Origin: an uncultured Cellvibrio sp.
Lineage (GTDB): Bacteria > Pseudomonadota > Gammaproteobacteria > Pseudomonadales > Cellvibrionaceae
Assembly (NCBI GenBank): GCA_965652595.1
Contig: CBFGWO010000004.1
Coordinates: forward strand, 3,221-67,220
Reading direction: 5' to 3'
Length of the DNA: 64,000 nucleotides
Under the pieces are notes generated by a model. The model ran no database searches. It was not told the DNA's origin and was given only the letters and a program-made list of their open reading frames with translations. The stretch's first letter is position 1. Each line of letters starts with the position of its first letter. The position numbers were made by a program, and so were the translations under genes. Shown piece after piece: positions 33,135 through 45,104 of the stretch.

Positions 33135-33743
33135 GTGGAATATTATTTAAGTCTCTTCGTCCGAGCAGTTTTTATTGAAAACATGGCCCTGGCGTTTTTT
33201 CTGGGTATGTGCACGTTCATTGCTATATCGAAAAAAGTTAGCGCCGCTATTGGTTTGGGGATTGCCGTCATTGTTGTTCAAACACTGACAGTCCCCTTGA
33301 ACAACCTGGTGTATACCTATGTGCTTGCCGATGGTGCATTAAGTTGGGCTGGGTTGCCCGACGTCGACCTTAGTTTCTTGGGTTTGATTACGTACATTGG
33401 TGTAATTGCGGCGGTAGTGCAAATTATGGAAATGGTATTGGATAAATACGTCCCTGCTCTCTATAACGCGCTCGGCGTATTTTTGCCATTGATTACCGTA
33501 AATTGCGCCATTATGGGAGGAGCGCTGTTTATGGTGGAGCGTGATTACAACTTCAGCGAGAGCGTTGTGTTCGGTGCAGGTTCCGGTGCTGGTTGGGCGC
33601 TCGCAATTACCGCGCTGGCCGGTATTCGCGAAAAAATGAAGTACAGTGATGTGCCCGACGGCTTGCGCGGATTGGGTATCACCTTTATCACTGTGGGTCT
33701 CATGTCTCTCGGCTTTATGTCTTTTGGCGGCATAGACCTTTAA
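33135..33743 (+). CDS. nqrE: Na+-NQR subunit E
   Basis: A GTG start with AGGAGG 7 nt upstream gives (M)[27 protein letters not shown], which matches the NqrE N-terminus. Confidence 0.93.
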   Translation: MEYYLSLFVRAVFIENMALAFFLGMCTFIAISKKVSAAIGLGIAVIVVQTLTVPLNNLVYTYVLADGALSWAGLPDVDLSFLGLITYIGVIAAVVQIMEMVLDKYVPALYNALGVFLPLITVNCAIMGGALFMVERDYNFSESVVFGAGSGAGWALAITALAGIREKMKYSDVPDGLRGLGITFITVGLMSLGFMSFGGIDL

Positions 33744-33763
33744 TCGGCGAGGAAATACACAGC

Positions 33764-34987
33764 ATGAACATAGAAATTATTCTTGGCGTTGTCATGTTCA
33801 CCGTGATAGTGCTCCTGCTGGTGGCGGTGATCTTGAGTGCGCGCGCCAAGTTGGTCAGCAGCGGCGATATCACCATTGATATCAATGGTGAAAAAACCTT
33901 GACCGTGCCCGCCGGTGGAAAACTATTGCAAACACTCTCTGGCGCCGGCCTCTTTCTGCCTTCCGCGTGCGGTGGTGGTGGTACCTGTGCCCAGTGCAAG
34001 TGCGTTGTTGTATCGGGTGGCGGCTCCATGCTGCCCACCGAAGAAAGTCACTTTACCAAGCGCGAAGCTCACGAGGGCTGGCGCCTGTCTTGCCAGACGC
34101 CAGTCAAGCAAAACATGGTTATCGAAGTGCCCGAAGACGTGTTTGGTGTTAAGCAGTGGGAGTGTACGGTTGAGTCCAACCCCAACGTGGCGACTTTTAT
34201 CAAAGAGTTAACCCTGCGTTTGCCCGAAGGTGAAAACGTGGATTTTCGCGCGGGTGGTTACGTCCAACTCGAATGCCCACCCCATCACGTTAAATACGCT
34301 GACTTCTCAATTGAGCCAGAGTACCGTGGCGATTGGGAGCGGTTTGGCTTCTTTAATCTCGAATCCAAAGTGACTGAGCCGGTTATTCGCGCCTACTCCA
34401 TGGCCAACTATCCGGAAGAAAAAGGCATAGTGAAGTTCAATATTCGTATTGCAACGCCTCCGCCTAAATCTCAGGGTATTCCGCCGGGTATCATGTCGTC
34501 CTATGTCTTCAGCTTGAAGCCGGGTGACAAGATCAAGGTTTATGGTCCTTTCGGTGAATTCTTTGCGAAGGATACCGACAATGAAATGGTCTTTATTGGT
34601 GGTGGTGCTGGTATGGCCCCCATGCGTTCGCACATTTTTGACCAGCTGCGCCGCATAAAGACCAAGCGTAAAATGACCTTCTGGTACGGTGCTCGTTCAC
34701 TGCGCGAACTTTTCTACAAGGAAGAGTACGATCAATTGCAGGAAGAGAACGAAAACTTCAAGTGGTTCGTCGCCTTGTCCGATCCTCAGCCAGAGGATAA
34801 CTGGAGCGGGCTCACCGGGTTTATTCACAATGTACTCTACGAGAACTACCTTAAGGATCACCCAGCGCCGGAGGATTGCGAATTCTACATGTGCGGCCCA
34901 CCAATGATGAACGCGGCGGTTATCAAGCTGCTCAAAAGCCTGGGTGTAGAAGACGAAAACATTATGCTGGACGATTTTGGTGGTTAA
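33764..34987 (+). CDS. nqrF: Na+-NQR subunit F (2Fe-2S / FAD / NADH)
   Basis: 407 aa. Has an N-terminal TM helix, the ferredoxin motif [12 protein letters not shown] and the [12 protein letters not shown] motif. Confidence 0.96.
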   Translation: MNIEIILGVVMFTVIVLLLVAVILSARAKLVSSGDITIDINGEKTLTVPAGGKLLQTLSGAGLFLPSACGGGGTCAQCKCVVVSGGGSMLPTEESHFTKREAHEGWRLSCQTPVKQNMVIEVPEDVFGVKQWECTVESNPNVATFIKELTLRLPEGENVDFRAGGYVQLECPPHHVKYADFSIEPEYRGDWERFGFFNLESKVTEPVIRAYSMANYPEEKGIVKFNIRIATPPPKSQGIPPGIMSSYVFSLKPGDKIKVYGPFGEFFAKDTDNEMVFIGGGAGMAPMRSHIFDQLRRIKTKRKMTFWYGARSLRELFYKEEYDQLQEENENFKWFVALSDPQPEDNWSGLTGFIHNVLYENYLKDHPAPEDCEFYMCGPPMMNAAVIKLLKSLGVEDENIMLDDFGG

Positions 34988-36044
34988 GACAGTTTTGATT
35001 TTCCTGCTAAATTTGCCCCGTAAAACGAGGTCAGCCTTGCTGACCTCGTTTTTGTTTTTTGGGGTATTGCTCTCAGGTTGTGCGCCCGCGCCAAACGAAT
35101 CACCGGAAGTGATTCAAATGGCTGGCAAAACCATGGGCACCAGCTATCACATTACGCTTGTTGTGGAGCCTGAAAAGCGTGCGACTATCGACCCCGTCCA
35201 ATTGCAAGCAGACGTGGACGAGCAGTTGAAACTGGTCAACCAGCAGATGTCCACTTATATCCCGGACTCAGAGCTGATGCAGGTAAACGCTGCACCAGTC
35301 AATGAGTGGTTGTACCTTTCCGAGCCCTTGCGTCAGGTGCTGGTACTTAGCCAGGACATCAGTCGTAAATCCGGGGGAGCATTTGATGTAACCGTCGGTC
35401 CACTGGTAAATCTCTGGGGTTTTGGTCCAGAGAAACGCGAAGGCGCCCCCTCTCAACACGATGTTGATCAGCTGCGTGAGCGCATAGGCTATCAATTTAT
35501 GGAAATCACCGGCCATCAATTGCGCAAGGAACGCGATATTTGGATTGACCTCTCGGCTATCGCAAAAGGTTTTGGTGTGGATGTTGTTGCCGATTACCTG
35601 TTGGCGCAGGGTTTTGACAACCTCATGGTAGAAATTGGCGGTGAACTGCGGCTTCATGGCCAGAGTCCTCGCGGCACCTCTTGGCGTATTGCCATTGAAC
35701 AGCCGGAGGCGATGCAAGGCTCGGTGCACAAAGCCATAGCCTTATCCAATATGGCTATGGCGACCTCCGGCGATTATCGTAATTATTTTGAGCAAGACGG
35801 CAAGCGCTTCTCGCATACCTTAAATCCCTCAACGGGTTATCCGATTGATCATCGCTTGGCTTCAGTGACTGTGCTGGCACCTACGGCCGCGCAAGCCGAT
35901 GCCTGGGCCACAGCAATTAATGTACTGGGGCCGGAAAAAGGTATGCAGGTAGCTGAACAAGAGGAACTGGCGGTTTATTTGATTATCAAAACCGATGAAG
36001 GCTTTGTGGATAATTACTCCACGGCTTTTCAGCCCTACAAATAG
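34977..36044 (+). CDS. apbE: FAD:protein FMN transferase (ApbE/Ftp), lipoprotein
   Basis: Has the lipobox LLSGC and the mature region [13 protein letters not shown]. It follows nqrF as in other Nqr operons. The start is uncertain: TTG at 34977 or one of two in-frame downstream TTG codons that still precede the signal peptide (the nearer one would give [23 protein letters not shown]). Confidence 0.88.
   Translation: MVVKTVLIFLLNLPRKTRSALLTSFLFFGVLLSGCAPAPNESPEVIQMAGKTMGTSYHITLVVEPEKRATIDPVQLQADVDEQLKLVNQQMSTYIPDSELMQVNAAPVNEWLYLSEPLRQVLVLSQDISRKSGGAFDVTVGPLVNLWGFGPEKREGAPSQHDVDQLRERIGYQFMEITGHQLRKERDIWIDLSAIAKGFGVDVVADYLLAQGFDNLMVEIGGELRLHGQSPRGTSWRIAIEQPEAMQGSVHKAIALSNMAMATSGDYRNYFEQDGKRFSHTLNPSTGYPIDHRLASVTVLAPTAAQADAWATAINVLGPEKGMQVAEQEELAVYLIIKTDEGFVDNYSTAFQPYK
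35022..35060 (+). terminator. Intrinsic terminator / attenuator hairpin 35 nt after the nqrF stop, inside the apbE signal-peptide codons
   Basis: AAAACGAGGTCAG-CCTTG-CTGACCTCGTTTT, followed by TGTTTTTT. Confidence 0.65.
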
Positions 36045-36057
36045 GCGGAGGTGTGTG

Positions 36058-36315
36058 ATGGGTATGTTTTTGGTTGCCTTCCTGGTGATGCTGCTGGTGG
36101 TTGCGGGCATGGCGATTGGCGTGATCTTTGGGCGCAAACCCATCAGTGGTTCCTGTGGTGGTGTGGGAGCAGCCTTGGGTGAAAAGGATTATGTGTGTGA
36201 GCTGTGCGGTGGTGATGAAACCAAGTGCGAAACCAAACAACAGGCCAAAACGGAGGCCGCAAACCAGTTGGCCTATGAGGTCACCAGTAAAAGCAACGAG
36301 CGTAAAAACCCCTAG
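36058..36315 (+). CDS. nqrM: Na+-NQR maturation protein NqrM
   Basis: 85 aa from the ATG at 36058, with GGAGG 7 nt upstream. Has one TM helix and a Cys cluster (GSCGG...CELCGGDETKCE). It lies after apbE. Confidence 0.85.
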   Translation: MGMFLVAFLVMLLVVAGMAIGVIFGRKPISGSCGGVGAALGEKDYVCELCGGDETKCETKQQAKTEAANQLAYEVTSKSNERKNP

Positions 36316-36327
36316 AGCGTTTTAGTT

Positions 36328-37746
36328 ATGGCCAAGAAGGCACAGATTTCGGCAGATCATAGTTACGACATTTTGGTGATAGGTTCAGGCCCGGCGGGAG
36401 AAAGTGCGGCAATCGCTGCTGCCAAGGCGGGCAAACGCGTCGGAGTGGTGGAGAATCGTCCCCTCGTCGGAGGTAGTTGTACCCATATGGGCACTATTCC
36501 GTCCAAATCACTGCGGCATGCGGTCAAGCAAATTATCCGTTTTAAATCGAGCAACTTGTTTCGGGAAATCGGTGACAGTCGTCGCCTCACCTTCCCCAGG
36601 GTGCTGGAGTCGGCCAATCAGGTTATTCCCAAGCAAATCGAACTGCACACGACATTTTTTGTGCGCAACCGCGTCAGTCTTCACATAGGCCAGGCATCGT
36701 TTATTGACCGCAATACGGTCAGTGTTGATTTATTGGAAGGTGCGCGTGAAACCATCAGTGCGCAGCATATTATTATTGCAACGGGTTCCCGTCCTTATCA
36801 CCCGGCAGATGTGGATTTTTCCCATCCACGGGTGTACGACAGCGATAGTATCTTGTCCATGCAGCATACTCCGCGTCATTTGATTATCTATGGTGCGGGT
36901 GTGATTGGTTGTGAGTACGCCTCCATTTTTTCGGGTTTGGGTGTGCGTGTGGATCTTATCAATAACCGCAACAGCCTCCTGTCATTTTTGGACGACGAAA
37001 TTTCCGATGCGCTCAGCTACCACCTGCGCGACAGTGGCGTCACTGTGCGTCACAGTGAAGAGTATGAAGCCATCGAGCCCCAGGATCACAATGTCACTCT
37101 GCACCTGAAATCCGGCAAGCGCCTCAAGGCTGACGCTATTCTTTGGTGTAATGGCCGTACCGGCAATACGGATGGTTTGAATCTTGCAGCCGTAGGGCTT
37201 GAGGCGGATCATCGCGGCAACCTCAAAGTCGATAGCGACTATCGCACCAGCGTGGATAACATCTATGCCGTGGGTGACGTGATCGGTTGGCCGAGCCTCG
37301 CCAGCGCCTCCTTCGGCCAGGGCAGAGCGGCCTTATCCACCTTATTGGGCACTGATAACTTCCCTATTGATGATGTGCCCACCGGCATTTATACCCTGCC
37401 GGAAATCAGTTCTGTCGGTAAAACAGAAACCGAATTGACGGCTGCCAAGGTTCCCTACGAAGTAGGCCGCGCGCTTTTCAAGAACACAGCGCGGGGCCAA
37501 ATCAGCGGTGAAGATGTGGGTATGTTAAAGCTGCTGTTTCATGTGGATACGTTGGAAATACTCGGCGTTCATTGCTTCGGCGCCGAGGCGGCAGAAATCG
37601 TGCATATTGGTCAGGCGATCATGAATCAGAAAAATGGCGGTAATACTATTCGCTATTTTCTCAGCACCACCTTCAATTACCCCACCATGGCTGAGGCTTA
37701 CCGAATTGCGGCTCTGGATGGCTATAACCGCATCAATCGCCGCTAG
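36328..37746 (+). CDS. sthA: Soluble pyridine nucleotide transhydrogenase
   Basis: 472 aa. Has the GSGPAGE FAD-binding motif, [13 protein letters not shown] and the [17 protein letters not shown](P)-binding motif. Confidence 0.9.
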   Translation: MAKKAQISADHSYDILVIGSGPAGESAAIAAAKAGKRVGVVENRPLVGGSCTHMGTIPSKSLRHAVKQIIRFKSSNLFREIGDSRRLTFPRVLESANQVIPKQIELHTTFFVRNRVSLHIGQASFIDRNTVSVDLLEGARETISAQHIIIATGSRPYHPADVDFSHPRVYDSDSILSMQHTPRHLIIYGAGVIGCEYASIFSGLGVRVDLINNRNSLLSFLDDEISDALSYHLRDSGVTVRHSEEYEAIEPQDHNVTLHLKSGKRLKADAILWCNGRTGNTDGLNLAAVGLEADHRGNLKVDSDYRTSVDNIYAVGDVIGWPSLASASFGQGRAALSTLLGTDNFPIDDVPTGIYTLPEISSVGKTETELTAAKVPYEVGRALFKNTARGQISGEDVGMLKLLFHVDTLEILGVHCFGAEAAEIVHIGQAIMNQKNGGNTIRYFLSTTFNYPTMAEAYRIAALDGYNRINRR

Positions 37747-37919
37747 TTTGTAGGAAATATCTCACACAAAATTCAGACATTGACGACTGGTCAGCCAGGG
37801 AGGGTTTGACTAGTCTAGGCATTACGCAACGGATGTTGCGGATGTTAATTTCTTATCGGTTAAGAAATTGGCATCACAGATTGACTTCACCAGTTAATTT
37901 CACAAAAAGGAACTTTGCT

Positions 37920-38222
37920 ATGAAAACACTTCTTTCTTTTGTTGTTGCCGCTGTTCTCGCTGTTGCTGCCGCTCCCTTCGCTGTTGCCGAAACCTCAAGC
38001 GCCAATCATCAAGCACAGGTTGAGGTCCAAGAGGCGATCAATATCAACACCGCTGATGTACAAACCTTGACTCGCTTGAAGGGCGTTGGTCTCAAAAAGG
38101 CCGAGGCGATAGTTGCCTGGCGCGAGGCGAATGGACAGTTTGTTTCTGTTGATCAACTGACTGAGGTCAAAGGCATAGGTGAAGCTACCCTGGCGGCGAA
38201 TCGCGACAAAATTCGCATCTAG
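37920..38222 (+). CDS. comEA: ComEA-family helix-hairpin-helix DNA-binding protein
   Basis: 100 aa from the ATG at 37920. Has the signal peptide MKTLLSFVVAAVLAVAAAPFAVA and HhH repeats (INTADVQTLTRLKGVGLKKAEAIV...LTEVKGIGEATL). Confidence 0.85.
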   Translation: MKTLLSFVVAAVLAVAAAPFAVAETSSANHQAQVEVQEAININTADVQTLTRLKGVGLKKAEAIVAWREANGQFVSVDQLTEVKGIGEATLAANRDKIRI

Positions 38223-38302
38223 CGGGGTATTTGATTCGGGTTTTTTGCGCTTCACCTGAGGTTAAGTGGCTGCGTAACTACTCGAAGTTTGCTTTAATGT
38301 CG

Positions 38303-38328
38303 GCCCGGGCTATGTCCGGGCTTTTTTG
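38303..38328 (+). terminator. Intrinsic terminator after comEA
   Basis: GCCCGG-GCTATGT-CCGGGC, followed by TTTTTT. Confidence 0.7.
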
Positions 38329-38343
38329 TTTTGAGGATACGCC

Positions 38344-39051
38344 ATGAACACGTCTCAGCTAGCCCCCATTCTGGTGGCCCTGGACTACGACAACGCCGAT
38401 GATTGTCGTCGTATCGCCAGGCAGCTTTCTCCTTCGCTCTGTCGTTTAAAAGTGGGCAAGGAGCTTTTCACCAGTTGCGGGCCTGCCATAGTGGAAGAGC
38501 TCATGGGGATGGGGTTTGAAATTTTTCTCGACCTTAAATTTCACGATATTCCCAATACCGTCGCTAAAGCAGTCACGGCTGCGGCGCGCCTGGGTGTGTG
38601 GATGGTTAATGTGCATGCCTCCGGTGGCGAGCGTATGCTGTTCGCAGCGCGTGAAGCCATAGACGCCCACCAGGGTAAGAAACCGTTACTGATCGCGGTT
38701 ACCGTGCTCACCAGTATGGCCGCAGAAGATCTGGCGGCGATAGGTGTAGACCGCAGTTTGGATGAGCAGGTGCTGGGCCTGGCCCGGCTGACCAAACAGG
38801 CTGGCCTTGATGGAATTGTCTGCTCGGCCAGGGAGGCCAGCGATCTTCGCCGTGAATTTGGCCAGTCGTTCTGCCTGGTCACCCCCGGCATTCGCTTACC
38901 CGACAGCCCCGCTGATGATCAGCGCCGCACCCTGACCCCCGTGGAGGCCATAGCCGCTGGCAGCAGCTATTTGGTTATCGGCCGGCCTATTACCGGCGCT
39001 GTCGATCCGGCGGCCAGCTGTCGCGCAATCGCTACCAGCCTAGGTTATTAA
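38344..39051 (+). CDS. pyrF: Orotidine 5'-phosphate decarboxylase
   Basis: 235 aa. Contains [19 protein letters not shown] and the VIGRPI region. Confidence 0.95.
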   Translation: MNTSQLAPILVALDYDNADDCRRIARQLSPSLCRLKVGKELFTSCGPAIVEELMGMGFEIFLDLKFHDIPNTVAKAVTAAARLGVWMVNVHASGGERMLFAAREAIDAHQGKKPLLIAVTVLTSMAAEDLAAIGVDRSLDEQVLGLARLTKQAGLDGIVCSAREASDLRREFGQSFCLVTPGIRLPDSPADDQRRTLTPVEAIAAGSSYLVIGRPITGAVDPAASCRAIATSLGY

Positions 39052-39074
39052 CCATTTCATTCTTCAGGCTTGCT

Positions 39075-39749
39075 ATGACCTCTCCTTGTGTAATTACCAT
39101 TGATGGCCCCAGCGGAGCAGGCAAGGGCACGCTGAGTCTGTTGACTGCCCGAAAGCTGGGTTATCAGCTGCTCGATAGCGGCGCTCTCTACCGACTGGTT
39201 GCCTTGGCGGCGATGAATCAGGGCCTGGCGCTCGACGATGAGCCTGCGCTGGCTCAGTGTGCACGCCAACTGGATGTGCACTTTGATACCGGCCGCGACG
39301 CGGTTCAGATTCAACTTGCCGGTAAAGACGTTACCCAGGCCATTCGTTCGGAAACCGTCAGTATGGGCGCCTCACGGGTTGCTGCCTTGCCTCAGGTGCG
39401 CGAGGCCTTGCTGGATCGTCAGCGGGCATTTCGGGTGGCGCCGGGTTTGGTGGCCGATGGGCGGGATATGGGCACGGTCGTGTTTCCCGATGCCCAGGTA
39501 AAAATCTTTCTCACTGCCAGCCCCGAAGCCAGAGCCAAGCGTCGCTACCTGCAATTGACGGCCAAGGGCGAGGTGGTCGATATGGACGCGCTGATCAAGG
39601 ATATCGAAGCGAGAGATGCTCGCGATAGCCAGCGAGCGGTAGCACCGCTAAGGCCAGCCGCTGATGCATTGCTAATAGACAGCACTGACCTGAGCATCGA
39701 TCAGGTGCTTGAGTGCATACTGTCACAGATAAACCAGCTGAGGATTTGA
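39075..39749 (+). CDS. cmk: (d)CMP kinase
   Basis: 224 aa. Contains [13 protein letters not shown] and LLDSGALYR motifs. Confidence 0.95.
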   Translation: MTSPCVITIDGPSGAGKGTLSLLTARKLGYQLLDSGALYRLVALAAMNQGLALDDEPALAQCARQLDVHFDTGRDAVQIQLAGKDVTQAIRSETVSMGASRVAALPQVREALLDRQRAFRVAPGLVADGRDMGTVVFPDAQVKIFLTASPEARAKRRYLQLTAKGEVVDMDALIKDIEARDARDSQRAVAPLRPAADALLIDSTDLSIDQVLECILSQINQLRI

Positions 39750-39954
39750 GTTGACCCCAGGCCGCGCTGCTGAGGCAGTTTGACCTGGTGTCAACAAACG
39801 GTAAGAATGCGGGGCTAAGGTGCCCGCAGGCCTCCAACCGTCAAAATTGCAATGCCTTCCGATCGCAATGAGCATGCGCAACGAACAGGCGCAATGAAAA
39901 AAACAAAACGATATCAAGGGGCGAGCCCCGTCAACACACATCAGGGAATCCACC

Positions 39955-41307
39955 ATGACACTGACCTGCTTTAAAGCCTACGATATTCGCGGCAAGCTCG
40001 GTGATGAGCTGAACGAGGACATCGTCTATCGCATAGGCCGCGCCTACGCCCAGTTTCTGAAACCGCGTTCTGTAGTAGTCGGTGGCGATATGCGCCTCAC
40101 CAGCGAATCCCTCAAGCAGGCAGTGAGCAATGGACTGCGTGATGAAGGTGTGGATGTGATCGATATCGGTATGTGTGGTACCGAAGAAATTTATTTCGCC
40201 ACCAGTCACCTGCAAACCGATGGTGGCATAGTGATTACCGCCAGCCACAACCCTAAAGACTACAACGGCATGAAAATGGTGCGCGCTGGTTCAAAACCCA
40301 TCAGCGGTGACACCGGTTTAAACGAAATTCGGCGCCTGGCCGAAGCCAATGACTTTGTCCCGGCCAACCCAGCCAAACGCGGCGGCTACCGCCAGGAATC
40401 TACCCTGGATGCCTATGTCCAGCATCTGCTTTCTTATGTCGATCTGAGCCAACTCAAGCCACTTAAGTTGGTGGTCAATGCCGGCAATGGTGCCGCCGGC
40501 CATGTGATAGATGCCTTGGAAAAACACCTGCCGTTTGACTTTATCAAAGTGCATCACGAAGCGGATGGCCATTTTCCCAACGGCATTCCCAACCCGTTGT
40601 TGGTCGAAAACCGCTCTGTCACCAGCGATGCAGTGATCGAGCACAAGGCGGATATGGGGATTGCCTGGGACGGCGATTTTGATCGCTGTTTTTTGTTTGA
40701 CGAGAAGGGCCAATTCACCGAAGGCTACTACATTGTTGGTTTGTTGGCAGAAGCCTTTCTGGTTAAAAACCCTGGCGCCAACATTATTCACGACCCGCGC
40801 TTGCTGTGGAATACCCAGGATATCTGTGCGCGCAACGGCGGCACCGCAATTCAGTCCAAAACCGGTCACTCATTTATTAAAGAAAAAATGCGCGAAGTTG
40901 ATGCGGTATATGGTGGTGAGATGAGTGCGCATCATTATTTTCGCGATTTTTTCTATTGCGACAGCGGCATGATTCCCTGGTTGTTGGTGGTTGAACTGAT
41001 TTGTCGCAAACAACAAAATTTGTCTGCCATGTTGGAAGATTGTATTGCGCGCTTTCCCTCGCCCGGTGAAATTAACAGTCATGTGGCTGATCCCAAAACG
41101 GCTATCGAGCGAGTGCTCGCCCATTTTAGTCCTGAAGCTAAAACGGTGGATCGCACCGACGGTATCAGCCTGGAGTTCGATAACTGGCGCTTTAACCTGC
41201 GTATGTCCAACACTGAGCCGGTGGTGCGCTTGAATCTCGAAAGCCGCGCCGATAAGCGGCTGGTAGAGGACAAAACGCGCGATGTATTGGCGCTGCTAAA
41301 TCAATAA
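39955..41307 (+). CDS. manB: Phosphomannomutase / phosphoglucomutase
   Basis: 450 aa. [29 protein letters not shown] and the active-site [13 protein letters not shown] closely resemble enterobacterial CpsG/ManB. Confidence 0.9.
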   Translation: MTLTCFKAYDIRGKLGDELNEDIVYRIGRAYAQFLKPRSVVVGGDMRLTSESLKQAVSNGLRDEGVDVIDIGMCGTEEIYFATSHLQTDGGIVITASHNPKDYNGMKMVRAGSKPISGDTGLNEIRRLAEANDFVPANPAKRGGYRQESTLDAYVQHLLSYVDLSQLKPLKLVVNAGNGAAGHVIDALEKHLPFDFIKVHHEADGHFPNGIPNPLLVENRSVTSDAVIEHKADMGIAWDGDFDRCFLFDEKGQFTEGYYIVGLLAEAFLVKNPGANIIHDPRLLWNTQDICARNGGTAIQSKTGHSFIKEKMREVDAVYGGEMSAHHYFRDFFYCDSGMIPWLLVVELICRKQQNLSAMLEDCIARFPSPGEINSHVADPKTAIERVLAHFSPEAKTVDRTDGISLEFDNWRFNLRMSNTEPVVRLNLESRADKRLVEDKTRDVLALLNQ

Positions 41308-41359
41308 CTTTTTCAACCGATCAACTGCTCTGCTAAACAGAGCTATCAAGGGACGCGAT

Positions 41360-42259
41360 ATGGGTATCAAAAAAGCGGTTATTCCAGTGGCAGGTTTGGG
41401 TACACGCATGCTGCCAGCTACCAAAGCCATCCCCAAGGAAATGCTTCCGGTGGTGGACAAGCCTTTGATTCAATATGTGATTGAGGAGGCAGCTGCAGCG
41501 GGCATTAAAGAGATTGTGCTGGTTACTCACGCCAGTAAAAATGCTATCGAAAACCATTTTGATACCAGCTTTGAGCTTGAGGCCCAACTTGAAGCGCGAC
41601 TCAAGCGTTCATTGCTTGCTGAAGTGCGCTCCATTACACCTCCCGGTCTTACGGTTATCTCTGTGCGCCAGGCCGAAGCCAAAGGTCTTGGGCATGCCAT
41701 TTTAGCCGCGCGCCCTGTTGTGGGTGACGAGCCCTTTGCCGTGTTGTTGCCCGATGTGCTGGTAGACAATGCCGCCTGTAATTTAAAGCAAGATAATCTC
41801 GCCGGTATGACTCGTCGCTTTGAAGCGACGGGGCACAGCCAGATTCTGGTCGAAGAAGTGCCTCAGGATCAGGTAGACAAATACGGTGTTGTTGACTGCT
41901 CTGGAACAAAAATCGCACCGGGTGAAACCGCTGGTATTCGCGCCATGGTTGAAAAGCCGCCGGTTGACGAAGCCCCGTCGAATATGGCGATAGTGGGGCG
42001 CTATGTGCTCTCCAAGTGCACCTGGGACTTGCTCGCGAAAACCATGCCGGGTGCTGGTGGCGAAATTCAGTTAACCGATGCGTTGGATGCGCTCCTGGAG
42101 CGGGAGACCGTCGAAGCCTATCGCTTGATTGGTCGCAGCCACGATTGTGGCACCAAGTTGGGATACATGATGGCGAATGTCACCTACGCTGCGCGTCATC
42201 CTGATATTGGCAAAGGGTTTGGTGAGTTTATTCGCGCAACCTATTGCCAGGAAAAATAG
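41360..42259 (+). CDS. galU: UTP-glucose-1-phosphate uridylyltransferase
   Basis: 299 aa. [26 protein letters not shown] and VEKP motifs are present. Confidence 0.94.
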   Translation: MGIKKAVIPVAGLGTRMLPATKAIPKEMLPVVDKPLIQYVIEEAAAAGIKEIVLVTHASKNAIENHFDTSFELEAQLEARLKRSLLAEVRSITPPGLTVISVRQAEAKGLGHAILAARPVVGDEPFAVLLPDVLVDNAACNLKQDNLAGMTRRFEATGHSQILVEEVPQDQVDKYGVVDCSGTKIAPGETAGIRAMVEKPPVDEAPSNMAIVGRYVLSKCTWDLLAKTMPGAGGEIQLTDALDALLERETVEAYRLIGRSHDCGTKLGYMMANVTYAARHPDIGKGFGEFIRATYCQEK

Positions 42260-42294
42260 TCGGCACTTCGTACAACTCTATAAGGAGTCATGGT

Positions 42295-43707
42295 TTGATT
42301 ATTCCTGTGATCCTCGCTGGCGGTTCTGGCTCACGCCTCTGGCCGCTCTCGCGTCAACACTATCCCAAGCAATTGCTCAAGTTGTTTGGCGATAGAACCA
42401 TGCTGCAACAAACCCTGTTGCGCCTGGATGGCCTGGCAGATGTGCGCACGCCCATAGTGGTGTGTAACGAAGAACATCGCTTTATGGTGGCAGAACAGCT
42501 GCACGAAATTAATCGAAGCGACGCGCTTATTATGCTCGAACCGGTTGCACGCAATACGGCACCTGCGTTAGCGCTGGCGGCACTGCAAGCCTCGACGCTG
42601 GAGGAAAATGCCGTGCTTTTGGTGTTGTCTGCGGATCATATGATCCTCGATATTCCCGAATTTCACCGCGCCGTCAAGGATGCTGTCGCGTCCGCCGTTC
42701 GAGGTCACATGGTGACCTTTGGTGTGCAGCCCCAGCGCCCGGAAACCGGCTATGGCTACATAAAAACCAACGGCAGTTCCCCGGTTGAGGGTAGCCTTAA
42801 AGTCGCAGAGTTTGTTGAAAAACCGGATCTTGCCACAGCAGAAGCCTATCTTGCCGCCGGTTGTTACTACTGGAACAGCGGCATGTTTGTTTTTTCTACA
42901 AGCGTATTTTTGCAGGAGCTGGCAAAGCATTCACCCGAGGTGATCGCAAGCGCTCGTGGTGCCCAGGAGCAAGCAGTTCAGGATCTGGATTTTATCCGCG
43001 TCAATCGCCAGGCGTTTGCCACGGCGCCTAATATTTCGATTGACTATGCGCTTATGGAAAAGAGCGATAACGTGGTTTGTGTGCCCTTGGATGCAGGCTG
43101 GAGCGACGTAGGTGATTGGAAATCCTTTGCCGAGCTGTCTGATAAAGACGAGCACAACAACAGCTTTATTGGCGATGTAATTGATATCGACTCGCAAGGC
43201 ACACTGGTATTTTCGCGCGATAAGTTGGTGGCAACCATCGGCGTGAGTAATCTGATGATCGTCAATACGCCGGATGCCCTGTTGGTGGCCGATAAAAATT
43301 GCGCGCAGCAGGTCAAATCCGTTATCACGCAAATTGAACAGCAAAAGCGCAGCGAGCACTTGCAGCATCGCGAAATTTATCGCCCCTGGGGTTGTTATGA
43401 CGCCATAGATACGGGTGATCGCTATCAGGTCAATCGTATCCGGGTTAATCCAGGCGCCAGTTTATCCCTGCAAATCCATCATCATCGCGCCGAGCACTGG
43501 ATTGTGGTTAAAGGAACCGCATTGGTGCAAAAAGAAGATGAGGTAATGCTTTTGTCGGAAAATGAATCCACCTACATCCCCATAGGAACTCGCCACAGGT
43601 TATCCAACCCCGGCAAGATCCCGCTGGAAATTATTGAAGTGCAATCAGGGTCTTATTTGAAAGAAGACGATGTTGTTCGCTACGAAGACAGTTACGGACG
43701 ATCCTGA
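42295..43707 (+). CDS. manC: Mannose-1-phosphate guanylyltransferase / mannose-6-phosphate isomerase (type II PMI-GMP)
   Basis: A TTG start with AAGGAG 7 nt upstream gives (M)IIPVILAGGSGSRLWPLSR. The C-terminal cupin has HHHRAEHWIVVKG. Confidence 0.9.
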   Translation: MIIPVILAGGSGSRLWPLSRQHYPKQLLKLFGDRTMLQQTLLRLDGLADVRTPIVVCNEEHRFMVAEQLHEINRSDALIMLEPVARNTAPALALAALQASTLEENAVLLVLSADHMILDIPEFHRAVKDAVASAVRGHMVTFGVQPQRPETGYGYIKTNGSSPVEGSLKVAEFVEKPDLATAEAYLAAGCYYWNSGMFVFSTSVFLQELAKHSPEVIASARGAQEQAVQDLDFIRVNRQAFATAPNISIDYALMEKSDNVVCVPLDAGWSDVGDWKSFAELSDKDEHNNSFIGDVIDIDSQGTLVFSRDKLVATIGVSNLMIVNTPDALLVADKNCAQQVKSVITQIEQQKRSEHLQHREIYRPWGCYDAIDTGDRYQVNRIRVNPGASLSLQIHHHRAEHWIVVKGTALVQKEDEVMLLSENESTYIPIGTRHRLSNPGKIPLEIIEVQSGSYLKEDDVVRYEDSYGRS

Positions 43708-43742
43708 TGCGTTTTTACAGCTACTAATGAAAGACTAGGGAG

Positions 43743-45092
43743 TTGCATATGAAAGTAACGGTTTTTGGTACTGGCTATGTAGGCCTTGTCACAGGCGCCT
43801 GCCTTGCCGATGTCGGGCACGATGTGCTCTGTGTCGATATTGACCAAAAGAAAGTAGAAGGATTGAACAACGGCATCATTCCTATTTTTGAGCCAGGGCT
43901 CGACGTCATTGTTAAGCAAGCTGTTCAAAATGGCTTGTTAAATTTCACTACTGACATGGATCGGGCCGTGGCCCATGGCGAGCTGCAATTTATTGCGGTT
44001 GGCACACCTTCGGGTGAAGACGGCTCGGCCGATTTGCAGTACGTTGTAGCGGTGGCGCGTACCATTGGGCAGCGCATGGCTGATTACAAAGTTGTGATTA
44101 ACAAATCCACAGTGCCGGTAGGCACGGCCGAAAAAGTCAGCCAGGCCCTGCAAGCAGAATTGACCAGCCGAGGGGTGGATGTACCCTACGATGTGGTTTC
44201 CAACCCCGAGTTTCTGAAAGAAGGTGCGGCGATTAACGATTTTATGAAGCCGGATCGTATAGTGGTGGGCACTGACAGCAAGCAGGCGGAAAAACTCCTG
44301 CGCGAACTTTACGCTCCTTTTAATCGCAACCACGATCGTATGATTTTTATGGATGTGCGCTCGGCGGAGCTTACCAAGTATGCGGCTAACGCCATGCTCG
44401 CCACCAAAATCAGCTTTATTAACGAAATGGCCAACCTGGCCGAACGCCTGGGTGCTGATATTGAGCAGGTGCGCAACGGCATTGGTGCTGACCCGCGTAT
44501 TGGCTATCACTTTATTTACCCTGGTTGTGGTTACGGCGGCTCTTGCTTTCCCAAAGACGTTAAAGCGCTCATCAATATCGCCAAAGACGTGGATTACCGT
44601 GCGGGCCTGATGGAAGCGGTGGACCTGGTGAATCAGGCGCAAAAAAGCAAACTGGCTGGATATATACAAAAGCACTTTGGTGGACAGCTGCGTGGTAAAA
44701 CCTTTGCCCTTTGGGGGCTTTCGTTTAAGCCCAACACCGACGATATGCGCGAAGCACCCAGCCGCGTGCTGATGGAAGCGCTCTGGGCCCAGGGCGCCCG
44801 TGTGCAGGCTTACGATCCAGTCGCTATGGAAGAAACCCAACACATCTATGGTTTGCGTGACGATCTTAAGCTGGTGGGCACCAAAGAGGCGGCCCTCGAA
44901 AAGGCCGATGCGCTGGTGATTTGTACTGAATGGAAAAACTTCCGCGCCCCCGACTTTGACCTGCTCAAAGCCACGCTCAAAAACCCGGTGATTTTTGATG
45001 GTCGTAACCTCTATGACCCGGTACGCATGGCGGAACGCGGCTTTGACTACTACGCCGTTGGCCGTGGTAAAAGCGTCAAGGTTCACCACTAA
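43743..45092 (+). CDS. ugd: UDP-glucose 6-dehydrogenase
   Basis: 449 aa. Contains [16 protein letters not shown] and the [10 protein letters not shown] active site. Confidence 0.94.
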   Translation: MHMKVTVFGTGYVGLVTGACLADVGHDVLCVDIDQKKVEGLNNGIIPIFEPGLDVIVKQAVQNGLLNFTTDMDRAVAHGELQFIAVGTPSGEDGSADLQYVVAVARTIGQRMADYKVVINKSTVPVGTAEKVSQALQAELTSRGVDVPYDVVSNPEFLKEGAAINDFMKPDRIVVGTDSKQAEKLLRELYAPFNRNHDRMIFMDVRSAELTKYAANAMLATKISFINEMANLAERLGADIEQVRNGIGADPRIGYHFIYPGCGYGGSCFPKDVKALINIAKDVDYRAGLMEAVDLVNQAQKSKLAGYIQKHFGGQLRGKTFALWGLSFKPNTDDMREAPSRVLMEALWAQGARVQAYDPVAMEETQHIYGLRDDLKLVGTKEAALEKADALVICTEWKNFRAPDFDLLKATLKNPVIFDGRNLYDPVRMAERGFDYYAVGRGKSVKVHH

Positions 45093-45104
45093 GCGAGGTG
45101 TGCA

